DNA from: Oscillospiraceae bacterium
GTDB taxonomy: Bacteria > Bacillota > Clostridia > Oscillospirales > CAG-272
Reading direction: 5' to 3'
Assembly: GCA_015064685.1 (NCBI GenBank)
Contig: SVRT01000011.1
Coordinates: forward strand, 9,401-73,400
DNA length: 64,000 nt
Shown piece by piece: positions 9,842 through 19,178 of the stretch; the stretch's first letter is position 1, and the number at the start of each line of letters is the position of its first letter. The notes beneath the pieces are model-generated. The model made no database searches and was not told the origin of the DNA. It worked only from the letters and a program-made list of their open reading frames with translations. The position numbers were made by a program, and so were the translations under genes.

Positions 9842-10327
9842 ATGTCAGATATACTTTTCAAAACAGACAATTATGTTTTTTCGTACCGTGTCGGTGGACT
9901 TCTGATCCACAATGGCAAGGTGCTAATGCAAAAAGCAACTAATGATGACGGGTACGCTTTCATCGGCGGTCACGTTGCCTTTGGCGAGACGACAGCAGAA
10001 ACGATCGTAAGAGAATTTAAGGAAGAAATCGGAGCTGACATAAGCGTTGAAAGACTTTTCATGGTAAATGAAAACTTCTTCCCTTGGGGTACTCGTCCTT
10101 GTCAGCAGATAAACTTATATTATTTAGTTTCTTTAAAGGACGAAACGCAAATACCGCTTGACAGAAATTTCAAAGCACTCGACGAGCTTGGCAACGAGCG
10201 AATTGAGCTCGATATGTGTTGGATACCTCTTGAAGATATACCGAGCAAGAATATCTATCCACCGCAGGCAAAGGAATATATCGTAAATATGCCTAACGGG
10301 ATAGTACATTTTGTTTACAAGGAGTAA
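9842..10327 (+). CDS. NUDIX hydrolase (second copy, divergent from the first)
   Basis: NUDIX box GGHVAFGETTAETIVREFKEEIGA. Confidence 0.85.
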   Translation: MSDILFKTDNYVFSYRVGGLLIHNGKVLMQKATNDDGYAFIGGHVAFGETTAETIVREFKEEIGADISVERLFMVNENFFPWGTRPCQQINLYYLVSLKDETQIPLDRNFKALDELGNERIELDMCWIPLEDIPSKNIYPPQAKEYIVNMPNGIVHFVYKE

Positions 10328-10411
10328 TTAATGCTTGAAATAACAGAAATACAAGAGATAATGTCGCACTTCGGGTTATCGGTTCAAGGTGTGACCGATT
10401 TTCCATAACAT

Positions 10412-10446
10412 AAAATCCCTCGCTCCAAATGGAGCGAGGGATTTTT
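10412..10446. terminator. Bidirectional intrinsic terminator
   Basis: Perfect 15-bp stem aaaatccctcgctcc / ggagcgagggatttt between convergent operons. Confidence 0.85.
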
Positions 10447-10453
10447 GCTTTTA

Positions 10454-12709
10454 TTATTCCATTTTCGACATTTCTCTTTGAGCCATAACAAGACCGTAAT
10501 AAATGCCTTGCTTCTCCATAAGCTCGTCATGTGAACCGACCTCCGCAACTCTTCCCTTATCAAGCACGACAAGTCTCGTTGCGTTTCTCAAGGTAGAAAG
10601 ACGGTGGGCGATCGCTATCGTCGTTCTGTTTTTAGAGAGATTTGCAAGAGCATCCTGGATCTGTTTTTCTGTCTCGGTATCAAGTGAAGCGGTCGCCTCA
10701 TCAAGAATAAGTATCTTCGGGTCGCGCAGAAGCGCGCGTGCAATAGCAATTCTCTGCCTCTCGCCTCCGGAGAGAGTATATCCTTTTTCTCCTACCTTCG
10801 TGTCGTATCCGTCAGTCAGTTTGATAATAAAGTCGTGACATCCGGCAAGCTTTGATACGGCAATTATCTCTTCTCTTGTAGATTCAGGCTTTGCATAGGC
10901 GATATTCTGATATACCGTACCCGCAAATAGGAAGGTTTCCTGTAGTACGACACCCATCTGCGAACGCAAGGACTCCTGTGAAATATCTCTTATATCGACT
11001 CCGTCAATGCAGATATTTCCGTCCTCAACGTCATACATTCTCATAATCAGATTGATAAGAGTGGATTTGCCGACACCTGATTTTCCGACAAGACCGATAA
11101 ACTCACCCGATCTTATATGAATATCAACGTTCGAAAGGACTTCTGTACCACTATCATATCCAAAGGAAATATTATTTATATCAATATCACCCTTGATTAT
11201 CGGATTTACCGCCCCCTCTTTGTCAGCGATCTCAACCTCCTCATCAATTATCTCAAAGACCTTGGCGGTTGAAGTGATAAAATTAAGTATCTGTCTTGGA
11301 AGATTGGAAAGCATGCGGAGCGGTCCGTAGATCATACTCGCATACATCGAATATTTTGACATCTCTCCAAGTGTCATTCCCCCGTCAAGAATTCCGTTAC
11401 CGACGTAAAACAGTATGATAAACTCTCCAAAGCACATCAAAAACTGCATCACGGGCATCAAGGAATACCAAAGAGTATCCGACTTTATCTGCATATCGCG
11501 CTCTTCGGATGCTGCGGCATCGTACCTCTCGGTTTCCTTATGCTCCATTCCAAATGACTTTACAACGCGGATACCCGAGAAAATATCATGCAAAACAGAA
11601 TTGGATTTTGATCCCAGCTGCCAGCATCTTCTGAAAAGCTTGTGAGCCTTTTTCCAAAACAAGCTAAAACCAATTACAACAATTGGCACAGGTATCAGAA
11701 TAAGTAAAAACAGTATGCCTGCATCAGATGCCAGGAATACGATTCCAATTGCAACTATGAGTACCGCCTGCTCTATAAGCGACGGTAGATAGTGAACAAG
11801 GAAGCTTTGGATCTGCGCAACGTCGTGCGACACCCGTCGCATAAGCTCTCCCGCGGTTCGCTTGGATATTTTGGAAATAGATAGCTTTTGAATCTTCTCA
11901 AAAAGCATATTTCGGAGATCTACAATAACTCCGGTGCTTGCATTGATAAGCAAATGCGAGCGGAACATCGAGAATAGCCTGAGAATCACCTGGACTCCAA
12001 GCATCAAAAGAATAACTACTAAGTAATCAACCGCCGATACTTTTTCGGGTGACGAGCTATTGATATATTCATCAGTCGCATAGCGGTTCAATTCAGGCAA
12101 TATCAAATTAAGCGCACTGACAACGACAAAGAAAACAACCGACAGTATGATAAAAGCCTTGTACGGTTTGATTATCAGCCACAGTCGCTTAATTGTCTTC
12201 AGCTTATTTGTGCAATGCATGCACACACCGCGCCGCATCGGTCTGCCGCATTTCGGACACATCCTCGAGCCTTCGTCCTCTTTTCCCTTTTTGCTCTTGT
12301 CATTATTTGCATCATAATCCGCAAACCCACATGATTTTACGATCCTATTGAATTTCTTGGATGCGGCAATTGCTCTTTTATTGAGTGACATATCAGATCG
12401 GCAAAGCAGATGCTCGGATCCGTCCTCTTTAAGCGTATACGAAACAAAGCAGGATCCAACGCCGCCCTCTACCTTTAGCTCGGCCACGTCGCATATTTGG
12501 ATCGACATAGTCAGTATTCCGTCCGCAAAAACACGGATCGATTCCCTGTCAATTATTACGTTTCCACGTATTCTGCCTCTCGGATCGGAGGGGTGCAGAT
12601 TATAAGGGAAAGAGATGATAAGGTCTTCTTTTTTTAGCTCTGGGCACAGCTTATTAGCTATTTCAAAGCTTGTAGCACGTTTTTCGCCGGACTTCTTTTT
12701 CATTCTCAT
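10454..12709 (-). CDS. ABC exporter subunit (TMD-NBD) with an N-terminal cytoplasmic domain plus zinc ribbon
   Basis: Walker A GKSGVGKST, signature LSGGERQR, Walker B ILILDEATA. The first roughly 170 aa are non-membrane and end in CPKCGRPMRRGVCMHC. Confidence 0.9.
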   Translation of the reverse strand: MRMKKKSGEKRATSFEIANKLCPELKKEDLIISFPYNLHPSDPRGRIRGNVIIDRESIRVFADGILTMSIQICDVAELKVEGGVGSCFVSYTLKEDGSEHLLCRSDMSLNKRAIAASKKFNRIVKSCGFADYDANNDKSKKGKEDEGSRMCPKCGRPMRRGVCMHCTNKLKTIKRLWLIIKPYKAFIILSVVFFVVVSALNLILPELNRYATDEYINSSSPEKVSAVDYLVVILLMLGVQVILRLFSMFRSHLLINASTGVIVDLRNMLFEKIQKLSISKISKRTAGELMRRVSHDVAQIQSFLVHYLPSLIEQAVLIVAIGIVFLASDAGILFLLILIPVPIVVIGFSLFWKKAHKLFRRCWQLGSKSNSVLHDIFSGIRVVKSFGMEHKETERYDAAASEERDMQIKSDTLWYSLMPVMQFLMCFGEFIILFYVGNGILDGGMTLGEMSKYSMYASMIYGPLRMLSNLPRQILNFITSTAKVFEIIDEEVEIADKEGAVNPIIKGDIDINNISFGYDSGTEVLSNVDIHIRSGEFIGLVGKSGVGKSTLINLIMRMYDVEDGNICIDGVDIRDISQESLRSQMGVVLQETFLFAGTVYQNIAYAKPESTREEIIAVSKLAGCHDFIIKLTDGYDTKVGEKGYTLSGGERQRIAIARALLRDPKILILDEATASLDTETEKQIQDALANLSKNRTTIAIAHRLSTLRNATRLVVLDKGRVAEVGSHDELMEKQGIYYGLVMAQREMSKME

Positions 12710-12743
12710 AATCCTTCCTCCTTTCCATTTTTTGATATAATAA

Positions 12744-13271
12744 TTAAAGATAAAGTTCTATTTTTCTATAACTCTTTGAATTCAATGCAGCTATGCTCGC
12801 AATCGTAAATCGGTTTCCGTCAACGTCCTGTAGCATAAGACTGTCGTCACTTGTGTGCAAAATATTCTTAAACGTATCCTGCATAGTAAAGCTCAGCTCT
12901 CTGCCGTCAACGAGAGATACCTTCCAATAAGAAAAGCCGTATCTTTCCTTAACGCTTTTGATCTCCTTAATAATTGGCGAATAATATTTCCGTTCGATCT
13001 CTTCCTTGATTTTAGCTACAGCCTCGCCCTCAAAGTCGTCAACGTCAAAAATTATGCCGATCTCCTTTTTTTCTTCGCCAAGTACTGAAATAAACTTATA
13101 CGGCAACTCGTAAGGAAACGCTCTGTGAAGAAATATCCTGTCAAATCTTTGCTCTTCACCGTTTTCCGTGAAAATCAAAGCTAAAAACCCGTTTTTCTCC
13201 TCAAAGCGCGCATTACTTTTATCAAGTCGCACGATACGGGCAGACTTTTCATTCATTATTTCATTTTCCAT
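12744..13271 (-). CDS. DUF1854-like small cytoplasmic protein encoded between the two ABC subunits
   Basis: 175 aa with no TM segment and AGGAGG 7 nt upstream. My recollection is that DUF1854 proteins accompany this kind of ABC pair. The family assignment was not verified. Confidence 0.6.
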   Translation of the reverse strand: MENEIMNEKSARIVRLDKSNARFEEKNGFLALIFTENGEEQRFDRIFLHRAFPYELPYKFISVLGEEKKEIGIIFDVDDFEGEAVAKIKEEIERKYYSPIIKEIKSVKERYGFSYWKVSLVDGRELSFTMQDTFKNILHTSDDSLMLQDVDGNRFTIASIAALNSKSYRKIELYL

Positions 13272-13287
13272 ATAAAAGCCTCCTTCA

Positions 13288-15585
13288 TCATTCGACTATT
13301 CCTGCATTTTTAAGCGCTTCTTCCTGGAGAGTATAGAGTTTTTTATATACTCCATCCTCAAGTGATAGAAGCTCTCTGTGAGTTCCTCTCTCCGCAACCT
13401 TTCCGTTTTCAATAACGATGAGCTCGTCAGCATCACGAAGAGTCGATAGCCTGTGCGCTATCATAATAGTTGTCTTGTCTTTTGTCAATTCGGTTATAGC
13501 ATTCTGAATTCTCTTTTCGGTCTCAGTATCCATTGCCGCAGTTGCCTCGTCAAGGATAAGGATCTTCGGGTCTCGAAGTATCGCGCGAGCAATGGAAAGT
13601 CTCTGTCGTTCACCGCCGGAAAGGTCCTTGAAGCCGAAACCTATTTTTGTATTGTAAGCATCGGGAAGCTTAACGATAAAGTCGTGCGCACCCGAGAGCT
13701 TAGCTGCGGTCAGGACTTCCTCGTAGGTTGCATCAGGCTTTGCGTACTTGATATTGTCAAGTATAGACCCGATAAAGAAGAAGGTCTCCTGTGAAACGAT
13801 CGCAATATTCTCATATAATGCTTTAAACGAGAGGTCCTTTACGTTAATACCGTCAACGAATATCTCACCCTCATTGCTGTCGTACAGGCGCATAAGCAGA
13901 TTAACAATCGTACTCTTTCCTGCTCCTGTGTGACCAACTATTCCGAGTGTCTTTCCGGCTTTCACGTCAAAGCTCACACCGTCAATGACCTTGTGATTCT
14001 TCACGTAAGAAAACTCAACATTTTTAAACTCTACGTCACCGCGTATCTCTTTGGGTGTTATAGCATTTTCCTTTTCAGCAATGTCAGGCTCCGTATCGTA
14101 TATCTCAAATAGTCTTTGAAGAGCGTTGGTACTTGAAGCTGACCAATCGATCATATCGGCAAAGAAATACATCGGGCTATAGATCATATTGACGTATGCC
14201 ACGAATTTTATAAGCTTTCCGTAAGTAAAGTCTCCGTATCCCGAAATCACCATCCATCCGCCAACTCCCAGCGCGATGATGTTTCCAAGATAAAGAATGA
14301 GTCCGAGCGACGGATAAACGTAGTGGTTAAAAATTGATAGATTCTTCTGATACTGTGCCGCGCGTCTGCTCGTGCCGTAAAACCTTTCTGTCTCAGCCTG
14401 CTCGCGCGAGAATGCCTTGACTACTCTCATTCCCGTCAGAACGTCGGATAGCTGAGAGTTGAGCTTTCTCGATCCCGAATAGCTCTTTGCGTGAAGCTTC
14501 ATCTCCTTGCGATAGCTCTTCAAAATAATAATAAAGAAAAGCGGAACGGTAAAGAGCGAGCAAAGAGCAAGCAGCGGATTTTCAATGAATAGCAGCACAC
14601 AGATGACGATGACCTGTACTACGTTGATCAAAAAATACGGAATACCGTCGCAAAAGAAGTAATATATGGTATTGGAGTCGTTGTTGACCTGAGTCATTAG
14701 TGCTCCCGTCTGCCTGCCGTTGAAGAATGACAGCGAAAGCTTTTCGATCGATGTAAATACCGTCATTTTCAGATCGTAAACGATCCTCGCCGCAATTTTT
14801 GCGGAAATACGACCATTAATTACCGTAAATATCTGCGATAATACTCTTGTCGCAATTATTATTCCTATAACAAGCAGTATTTCGCCAAAGAAGCCTCCGT
14901 CCTCGCGTAAAACCTCGTCATAGAAAAATTCATTTGAAAAATAAGGGATAAGAATGCTCGTTGCCGTCAAAAGTATCAACGATGTAAGCATTATTGCAAT
15001 ATACTTTTTGTATTTCAAAAGGAACATACCGAATCGACGGTAAAGCTTTCCCTTTTCCATACATTTTGGACATACCTTGCGATTCTTATCAGGGTATCGC
15101 ATACCGCATTTCGGACAGCAGTGCGATGCCGGATCATCTTCCTCATCCACCTCGAAATCAACGGTCTTAATATCGCCCTTCTTCATTCTCTCAAAATACT
15201 TGATGAAAATGAGAACACTCGAACGGCATGTATTCGTCATAGCACACAGGAAAACATATTCTCCCGATTCAAGCTTCGCCGTCAGCCTTGCACTTGATTG
15301 AATCTCCTCAAGCTTCAGCTCTTTGATTTTGGAAATATCGTAGATATCAAACGAAGTCTCGCGCCATACTCTCTCTGCGTGCTTTTTATGTGCATCCGAT
15401 CCGTCGAGCACGACAGATCCCGAGGAGACATATATGCTTTCAAGCGTCGCCAAAACGTATGTATCGCAAAAGATATGTCCCGAGTCCATATCACAGTACG
15501 TCGCGAGCATTATCTTGGATACGTCAACACCCTCACGCTCAAGAGACTCATAAATATACGAAGGAATCTTGTCTGTAATAAGCAT
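13288..15585 (-). CDS. ABC exporter subunit (TMD-NBD) with an N-terminal cytoplasmic domain plus zinc ribbon
   Basis: Walker A GHTGAGKST, signature LSGGERQR, Walker B ILILDEATA. The N-terminal roughly 180 aa end in CCPKCGMRYPDKNRKVCPKC. Confidence 0.9.
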   Translation of the reverse strand: MLITDKIPSYIYESLEREGVDVSKIMLATYCDMDSGHIFCDTYVLATLESIYVSSGSVVLDGSDAHKKHAERVWRETSFDIYDISKIKELKLEEIQSSARLTAKLESGEYVFLCAMTNTCRSSVLIFIKYFERMKKGDIKTVDFEVDEEDDPASHCCPKCGMRYPDKNRKVCPKCMEKGKLYRRFGMFLLKYKKYIAIMLTSLILLTATSILIPYFSNEFFYDEVLREDGGFFGEILLVIGIIIATRVLSQIFTVINGRISAKIAARIVYDLKMTVFTSIEKLSLSFFNGRQTGALMTQVNNDSNTIYYFFCDGIPYFLINVVQVIVICVLLFIENPLLALCSLFTVPLFFIIILKSYRKEMKLHAKSYSGSRKLNSQLSDVLTGMRVVKAFSREQAETERFYGTSRRAAQYQKNLSIFNHYVYPSLGLILYLGNIIALGVGGWMVISGYGDFTYGKLIKFVAYVNMIYSPMYFFADMIDWSASSTNALQRLFEIYDTEPDIAEKENAITPKEIRGDVEFKNVEFSYVKNHKVIDGVSFDVKAGKTLGIVGHTGAGKSTIVNLLMRLYDSNEGEIFVDGINVKDLSFKALYENIAIVSQETFFFIGSILDNIKYAKPDATYEEVLTAAKLSGAHDFIVKLPDAYNTKIGFGFKDLSGGERQRLSIARAILRDPKILILDEATAAMDTETEKRIQNAITELTKDKTTIMIAHRLSTLRDADELIVIENGKVAERGTHRELLSLEDGVYKKLYTLQEEALKNAGIVE

Positions 15586-15625
15586 ATATACACCTCACTT
15601 TCCGCAAAAATTGCATCATATAATT

Positions 15626-15654
15626 ATTATAAGACTTTTTTTCACCTTTGTCAA
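15626..15654 (-). promoter_or_regulatory. Sigma-A promoter for the ABC/DUF1854 operon
   Basis: Reverse strand reads TTGACA, 17 nt, TATAAT (perfect consensus). Confidence 0.55.
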
Positions 15655-15697
15655 TAAACCACAGGTAGATTAGACAAATTAATTTGCCGATTTGATA

Positions 15698-15726
15698 TTG
15701 AAAAAACATGTCAGTTGTGATATACT
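15698..15726 (+). promoter_or_regulatory. Sigma-A promoter for radA
   Basis: TTGAAA, 17 nt, TGaTATACT. It lies 30 nt upstream of the radA ATG. Confidence 0.5.
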
Positions 15727-15755
15727 TTATATAATGAAAGAAAAGGAGCCCAAAA

Positions 15756-17147
15756 ATGAAAGGCTTGAAAACAATATACGTATGCTCAAATTGTGAATAC
15801 CACTCCCCGAAGTGGATGGGAAAATGCCCATCCTGCAACCAATGGAACACCATGGTCGAGGATGTCATCAACGTGGCTCCCGAGGAACCCGCGAACAAAA
15901 GAAAATCGATCTCGGGGACACTCGGTGCCGATAATCACGCAATCTCTTACGACGAGCTTGAAATCCCCGACTATATCCGTTCGCAAACGGGACTTGACGA
16001 GCTTGACAGAGTCCTCGGCGGAGGTCTCGTTCACGGCTCTGTCGTACTGATCTCCGGCGAGCCCGGAATCGGTAAATCTACCCTGCTTATGCAGATCTCC
16101 GAGTGCCTCGGTGCAAACCGCCGCGTTCTTTATATTTCGGGCGAGGAATCGGGCGGACAGATCAAGCTCCGCGCCAAAAGACTCGGCGTTTCGGGAAAGA
16201 ATCTCTATATTCTGACAGAGACCAATCTTGACAGCATCCTCAAGGAGGCAGACAAGATAAAGCCCGATATTATGATAATCGACTCTATACAGACCATCTA
16301 CGAAGAGATGATCAAATCCGCGCCGGGAAGCATCACTCAGGTAAGAGAGTCGGCTCTGACGCTAATAAACCGCGCAAAATCGCACGGAATATCGATGCTC
16401 CTCGTGGGTCACGTTAACAAGGAAGGCGGCATTGCAGGACCCAAGGTGCTTGAGCATATGGTCGATGCGGTCCTCTGCTTCGAGGGAGAAAAGCTGCAAT
16501 CATACAGAATAATCCGCGCAAATAAAAACCGCTTTGGCTCAACTAACGAGATAGGTGTGTTTGAGATGACCGACAAGGGACTTGTCGAGATCCCCAATCC
16601 TTCCGAAATGCTTCTTTCGGGCAGACCAAAGAATACTCCCGGCAACTGCGCCGTGTGTACCATCGAGGGTACAAGGCCGATCATCGCTGAGATACAGGCT
16701 CTCGTTTCCCCAACAGCATTTCCCTCTCCGCGTCGCACCTCAAACGGCATAGACTATAACAGACTTTGCCTCATTATCGCAGTGCTTGAAAAAAGGCTCG
16801 GACTCAAGTTCTATCAGAACGACGTATATATGAACGTCATAGGAGGTCTCTATCTCAACGAGCCCGCAAGCGATGCAGCTATTGCTTTAGCTCTCATTTC
16901 CTCGCTTACCGACAAAGCCGTTCCCGACGATCTTATCGCGATAGGCGAGCTTGGTCTTTCGGGCGAGTGTCGCGCTGTATCTAACCTTGAGCAAAGGGTC
17001 AAGGAGGCGGCAAGACTTGGCTTCACAAAGGCTATCGTACCATACAAAAACGTAGAAAAGCGTAAGATAGACACTACAATTGAGCTTATCCCCATTCACA
17101 GTATTTACGAGGCTATCAGAGTCCTTGTCAGTACGTCCGAAAGTTAA
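15756..17147 (+). CDS. radA: DNA repair protein RadA/Sms
   Basis: N-terminal zinc finger YVCSNCEYHSPKWMGKCPSCNQWN, Walker A GEPGIGKST and a Lon-like C-terminal domain. Confidence 0.95.
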   Translation: MKGLKTIYVCSNCEYHSPKWMGKCPSCNQWNTMVEDVINVAPEEPANKRKSISGTLGADNHAISYDELEIPDYIRSQTGLDELDRVLGGGLVHGSVVLISGEPGIGKSTLLMQISECLGANRRVLYISGEESGGQIKLRAKRLGVSGKNLYILTETNLDSILKEADKIKPDIMIIDSIQTIYEEMIKSAPGSITQVRESALTLINRAKSHGISMLLVGHVNKEGGIAGPKVLEHMVDAVLCFEGEKLQSYRIIRANKNRFGSTNEIGVFEMTDKGLVEIPNPSEMLLSGRPKNTPGNCAVCTIEGTRPIIAEIQALVSPTAFPSPRRTSNGIDYNRLCLIIAVLEKRLGLKFYQNDVYMNVIGGLYLNEPASDAAIALALISSLTDKAVPDDLIAIGELGLSGECRAVSNLEQRVKEAARLGFTKAIVPYKNVEKRKIDTTIELIPIHSIYEAIRVLVSTSES

Positions 17148-17186
17148 AAAAATATTCGCTGCTCGACGAGCAGCGAATATTTTTTA
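17146..17186. terminator. Bidirectional intrinsic terminator
   Basis: 15-bp arms aatattcgctgctcg / cgagcagcgaatatt flanked by A and T runs. Confidence 0.85.
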
Positions 17187-18968
17187 TTATCCTCCCCAAT
17201 CGGGGTTAAATCTGTTCAGATCTCTGTCACCCAACTTTAACATGAAGAGTGTTCTATAATCTACACCCTCTCCTACGTTACGTTCCTTCAGCTCATCCTT
17301 GTGACCCAATCTGCGCGCCGTTGCCCACGTGGATCTGAATGCCGCACGCGAGTAGGTGTCCCATAGAGCTATTCTCTCCGCCCCACAATCATAAAGATCG
17401 AGTGCCCTTGATTTGAATTCCTCGCTTGTAAGGTGTCTCGGCAGGATCTCAAAATATACCTTTACGCCGTATTTACGCTCAAGCTCCATCCATTCCTCAA
17501 CACGCTCCCTTTGACTTTTTGGACCGCAAAGCTCACCGCGATAATTGACAATAGGTTCTATCGTCTCAAAGTCACACGGGCGCATATTAACGTGATAAGA
17601 CGTGCGCACGTAATTTGTATACTTGTCAAGGTCAAGCTTTTCTTTACTATCATCCTTCCACACGTCGCCTCCCAAAAGCTCGTGTACTCTCTGTGGATAT
17701 GAAATTATTGCGCTGATAAGACCCTCTTTCGCCCATCTTTCAGCATCAAGTCCAACGTATTTTGAATCGTAAAGTGAGTATATTGATCTGAAATGTATCT
17801 CCACCCTATTCTTTCCGAATTCTTTGTCGAGCGCCTCTCGAAGCTCTCTGACATATTCGGTCATAATGTCGCAATGAAGCTTATTAAGTCTTTCCTCGTC
17901 AAGAGGAAGCTCGTAGGGGTATTCACCGTAAAGCTCATAGAACCTTCTTGCGACGGGTTCCTCAAAAAGCACGTACGGTATGCCTCTGTGCGCCATTATC
18001 GTAACCGCATCACATTCCGACCTTGCGCATTCCACAAGCTCGTCAATAAGAAATTTGCGCACCTCGGGGTAGGCGTACGACATCGCCCTTATCTCATCTC
18101 CGTTTCTGTCGCGCGTGCGCCACTCGGGATGTGATTCAACAAAGTCGCAATCAAAATAGAATTGATCGTACGGAAACGGCATTCCCCATCCGCCCATCCT
18201 CATGGACACACTTGACTTAATGCCCATCTTTTTACATTGATCTACAACCGTACAGATCGCCTTGTGCATGTCGAATTTTTTCATGCTCTCCTGCACGTGT
18301 CTGTCTATTTGGGTAGGAAACGCGAAATCGTCTATATTGTCAACTGCAAGATGATTCGAAACAAGCGTTGCAAGCGTTTCGACCGAGAGCCACTCAATAT
18401 CTGAGTCCTCATAATTAATTGCAACCGCACGCCAATCGTCATAGCTGTTCTGATTGATAAATGCAAGGCGGTTGTGCAGATCATCGGTTGCGTATATTCG
18501 CTTTGTATCTCGTCTCGTTTGCTCGCGTTTATACTCAGCAACCTCTTCATCGTTCATAGGGATAAATTTTATCGCGGAAAGCACACTGTAGTTTGTATAC
18601 GCATCAAGCTTTTTCGATAAAATAATACTCTGATCCGTCATATCAGCGCATTTCCAGAGCACCTCCTCGATTAGATATCTCCTTTTCGTCACGGCAGACA
18701 TACAAATGAAGGCATCATCTCCCGAGAGCTTCAAATAAACGGAACTTCTACCCGGAAGATGAATTAAAATTTTATACCATCCTTTAAGCTTAGGATCGAA
18801 CGAAATATCCTCGGGCATACCATCTATGGAGGATATGAGTCTTCCCGAATATTCAGATGTGTCGAGTTCGATCGCTCTCCATTTATTTTTTAGCGATATT
18901 TCGGAAAAATGCTTCTTTGGCTCAAAGCATTCGTAAAGATCCGAAAACAATACAATCCCTCTCTCCAT
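17187..18968 (-). CDS. Hypothetical cytoplasmic protein, possibly a glycoside-hydrolase-like TIM barrel
   Basis: Clean 593-aa ORF with no signal peptide. The central region (SVSMRMGGWGMPFPYDQFYFDCDFVESHPEWRTRDRNGDEIRAMSYAYPEVRKFLIDELVE) resembles GHL10/YngK-type hydrolase-like domains. The function is unverified. Confidence 0.4.
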   Translation of the reverse strand: MERGIVLFSDLYECFEPKKHFSEISLKNKWRAIELDTSEYSGRLISSIDGMPEDISFDPKLKGWYKILIHLPGRSSVYLKLSGDDAFICMSAVTKRRYLIEEVLWKCADMTDQSIILSKKLDAYTNYSVLSAIKFIPMNDEEVAEYKREQTRRDTKRIYATDDLHNRLAFINQNSYDDWRAVAINYEDSDIEWLSVETLATLVSNHLAVDNIDDFAFPTQIDRHVQESMKKFDMHKAICTVVDQCKKMGIKSSVSMRMGGWGMPFPYDQFYFDCDFVESHPEWRTRDRNGDEIRAMSYAYPEVRKFLIDELVECARSECDAVTIMAHRGIPYVLFEEPVARRFYELYGEYPYELPLDEERLNKLHCDIMTEYVRELREALDKEFGKNRVEIHFRSIYSLYDSKYVGLDAERWAKEGLISAIISYPQRVHELLGGDVWKDDSKEKLDLDKYTNYVRTSYHVNMRPCDFETIEPIVNYRGELCGPKSQRERVEEWMELERKYGVKVYFEILPRHLTSEEFKSRALDLYDCGAERIALWDTYSRAAFRSTWATARRLGHKDELKERNVGEGVDYRTLFMLKLGDRDLNRFNPDWGG

Positions 18969-19100
18969 CTTATCTCTCCTTTTGGGAATACCAATAACTA
19001 CGTATATTTATAACATACCAAAAGTGAAATGTCAAGACCAAATTTTCACTTAATCGTCTTTATAAAAACTATTGCCACATAAATTTTATACCGTAAACAT

Positions 19101-19129
19101 TTGACAAACGGTATTTTATGTGCTATAAT
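19101..19129 (+). promoter_or_regulatory. Perfect consensus sigma-A promoter driving the TerB/ATPase/helicase cassette
   Basis: TTGACA (19101-19106), 17 nt spacer, TGcTATAAT (-10 at 19124-19129). The ORF-track start at 19101 is this -35 box, so it is an artefact. Confidence 0.6.
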
Positions 19130-19178
19130 AATATATTACAGTAATTCTTTATATTTCATGGCAAAAGGAGGGCTTTTT

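Noticed and set aside
18969-19100. Possible att-like direct repeats or mobile-element boundaries flanking the TerB/ATPase/helicase cassette (compared with 24604-24723)
   Set aside because: By eye I found no shared repeat of 10 nt or more between the two flanks. There is no integrase, transposase or tRNA gene nearby, so I make no mobile element call.
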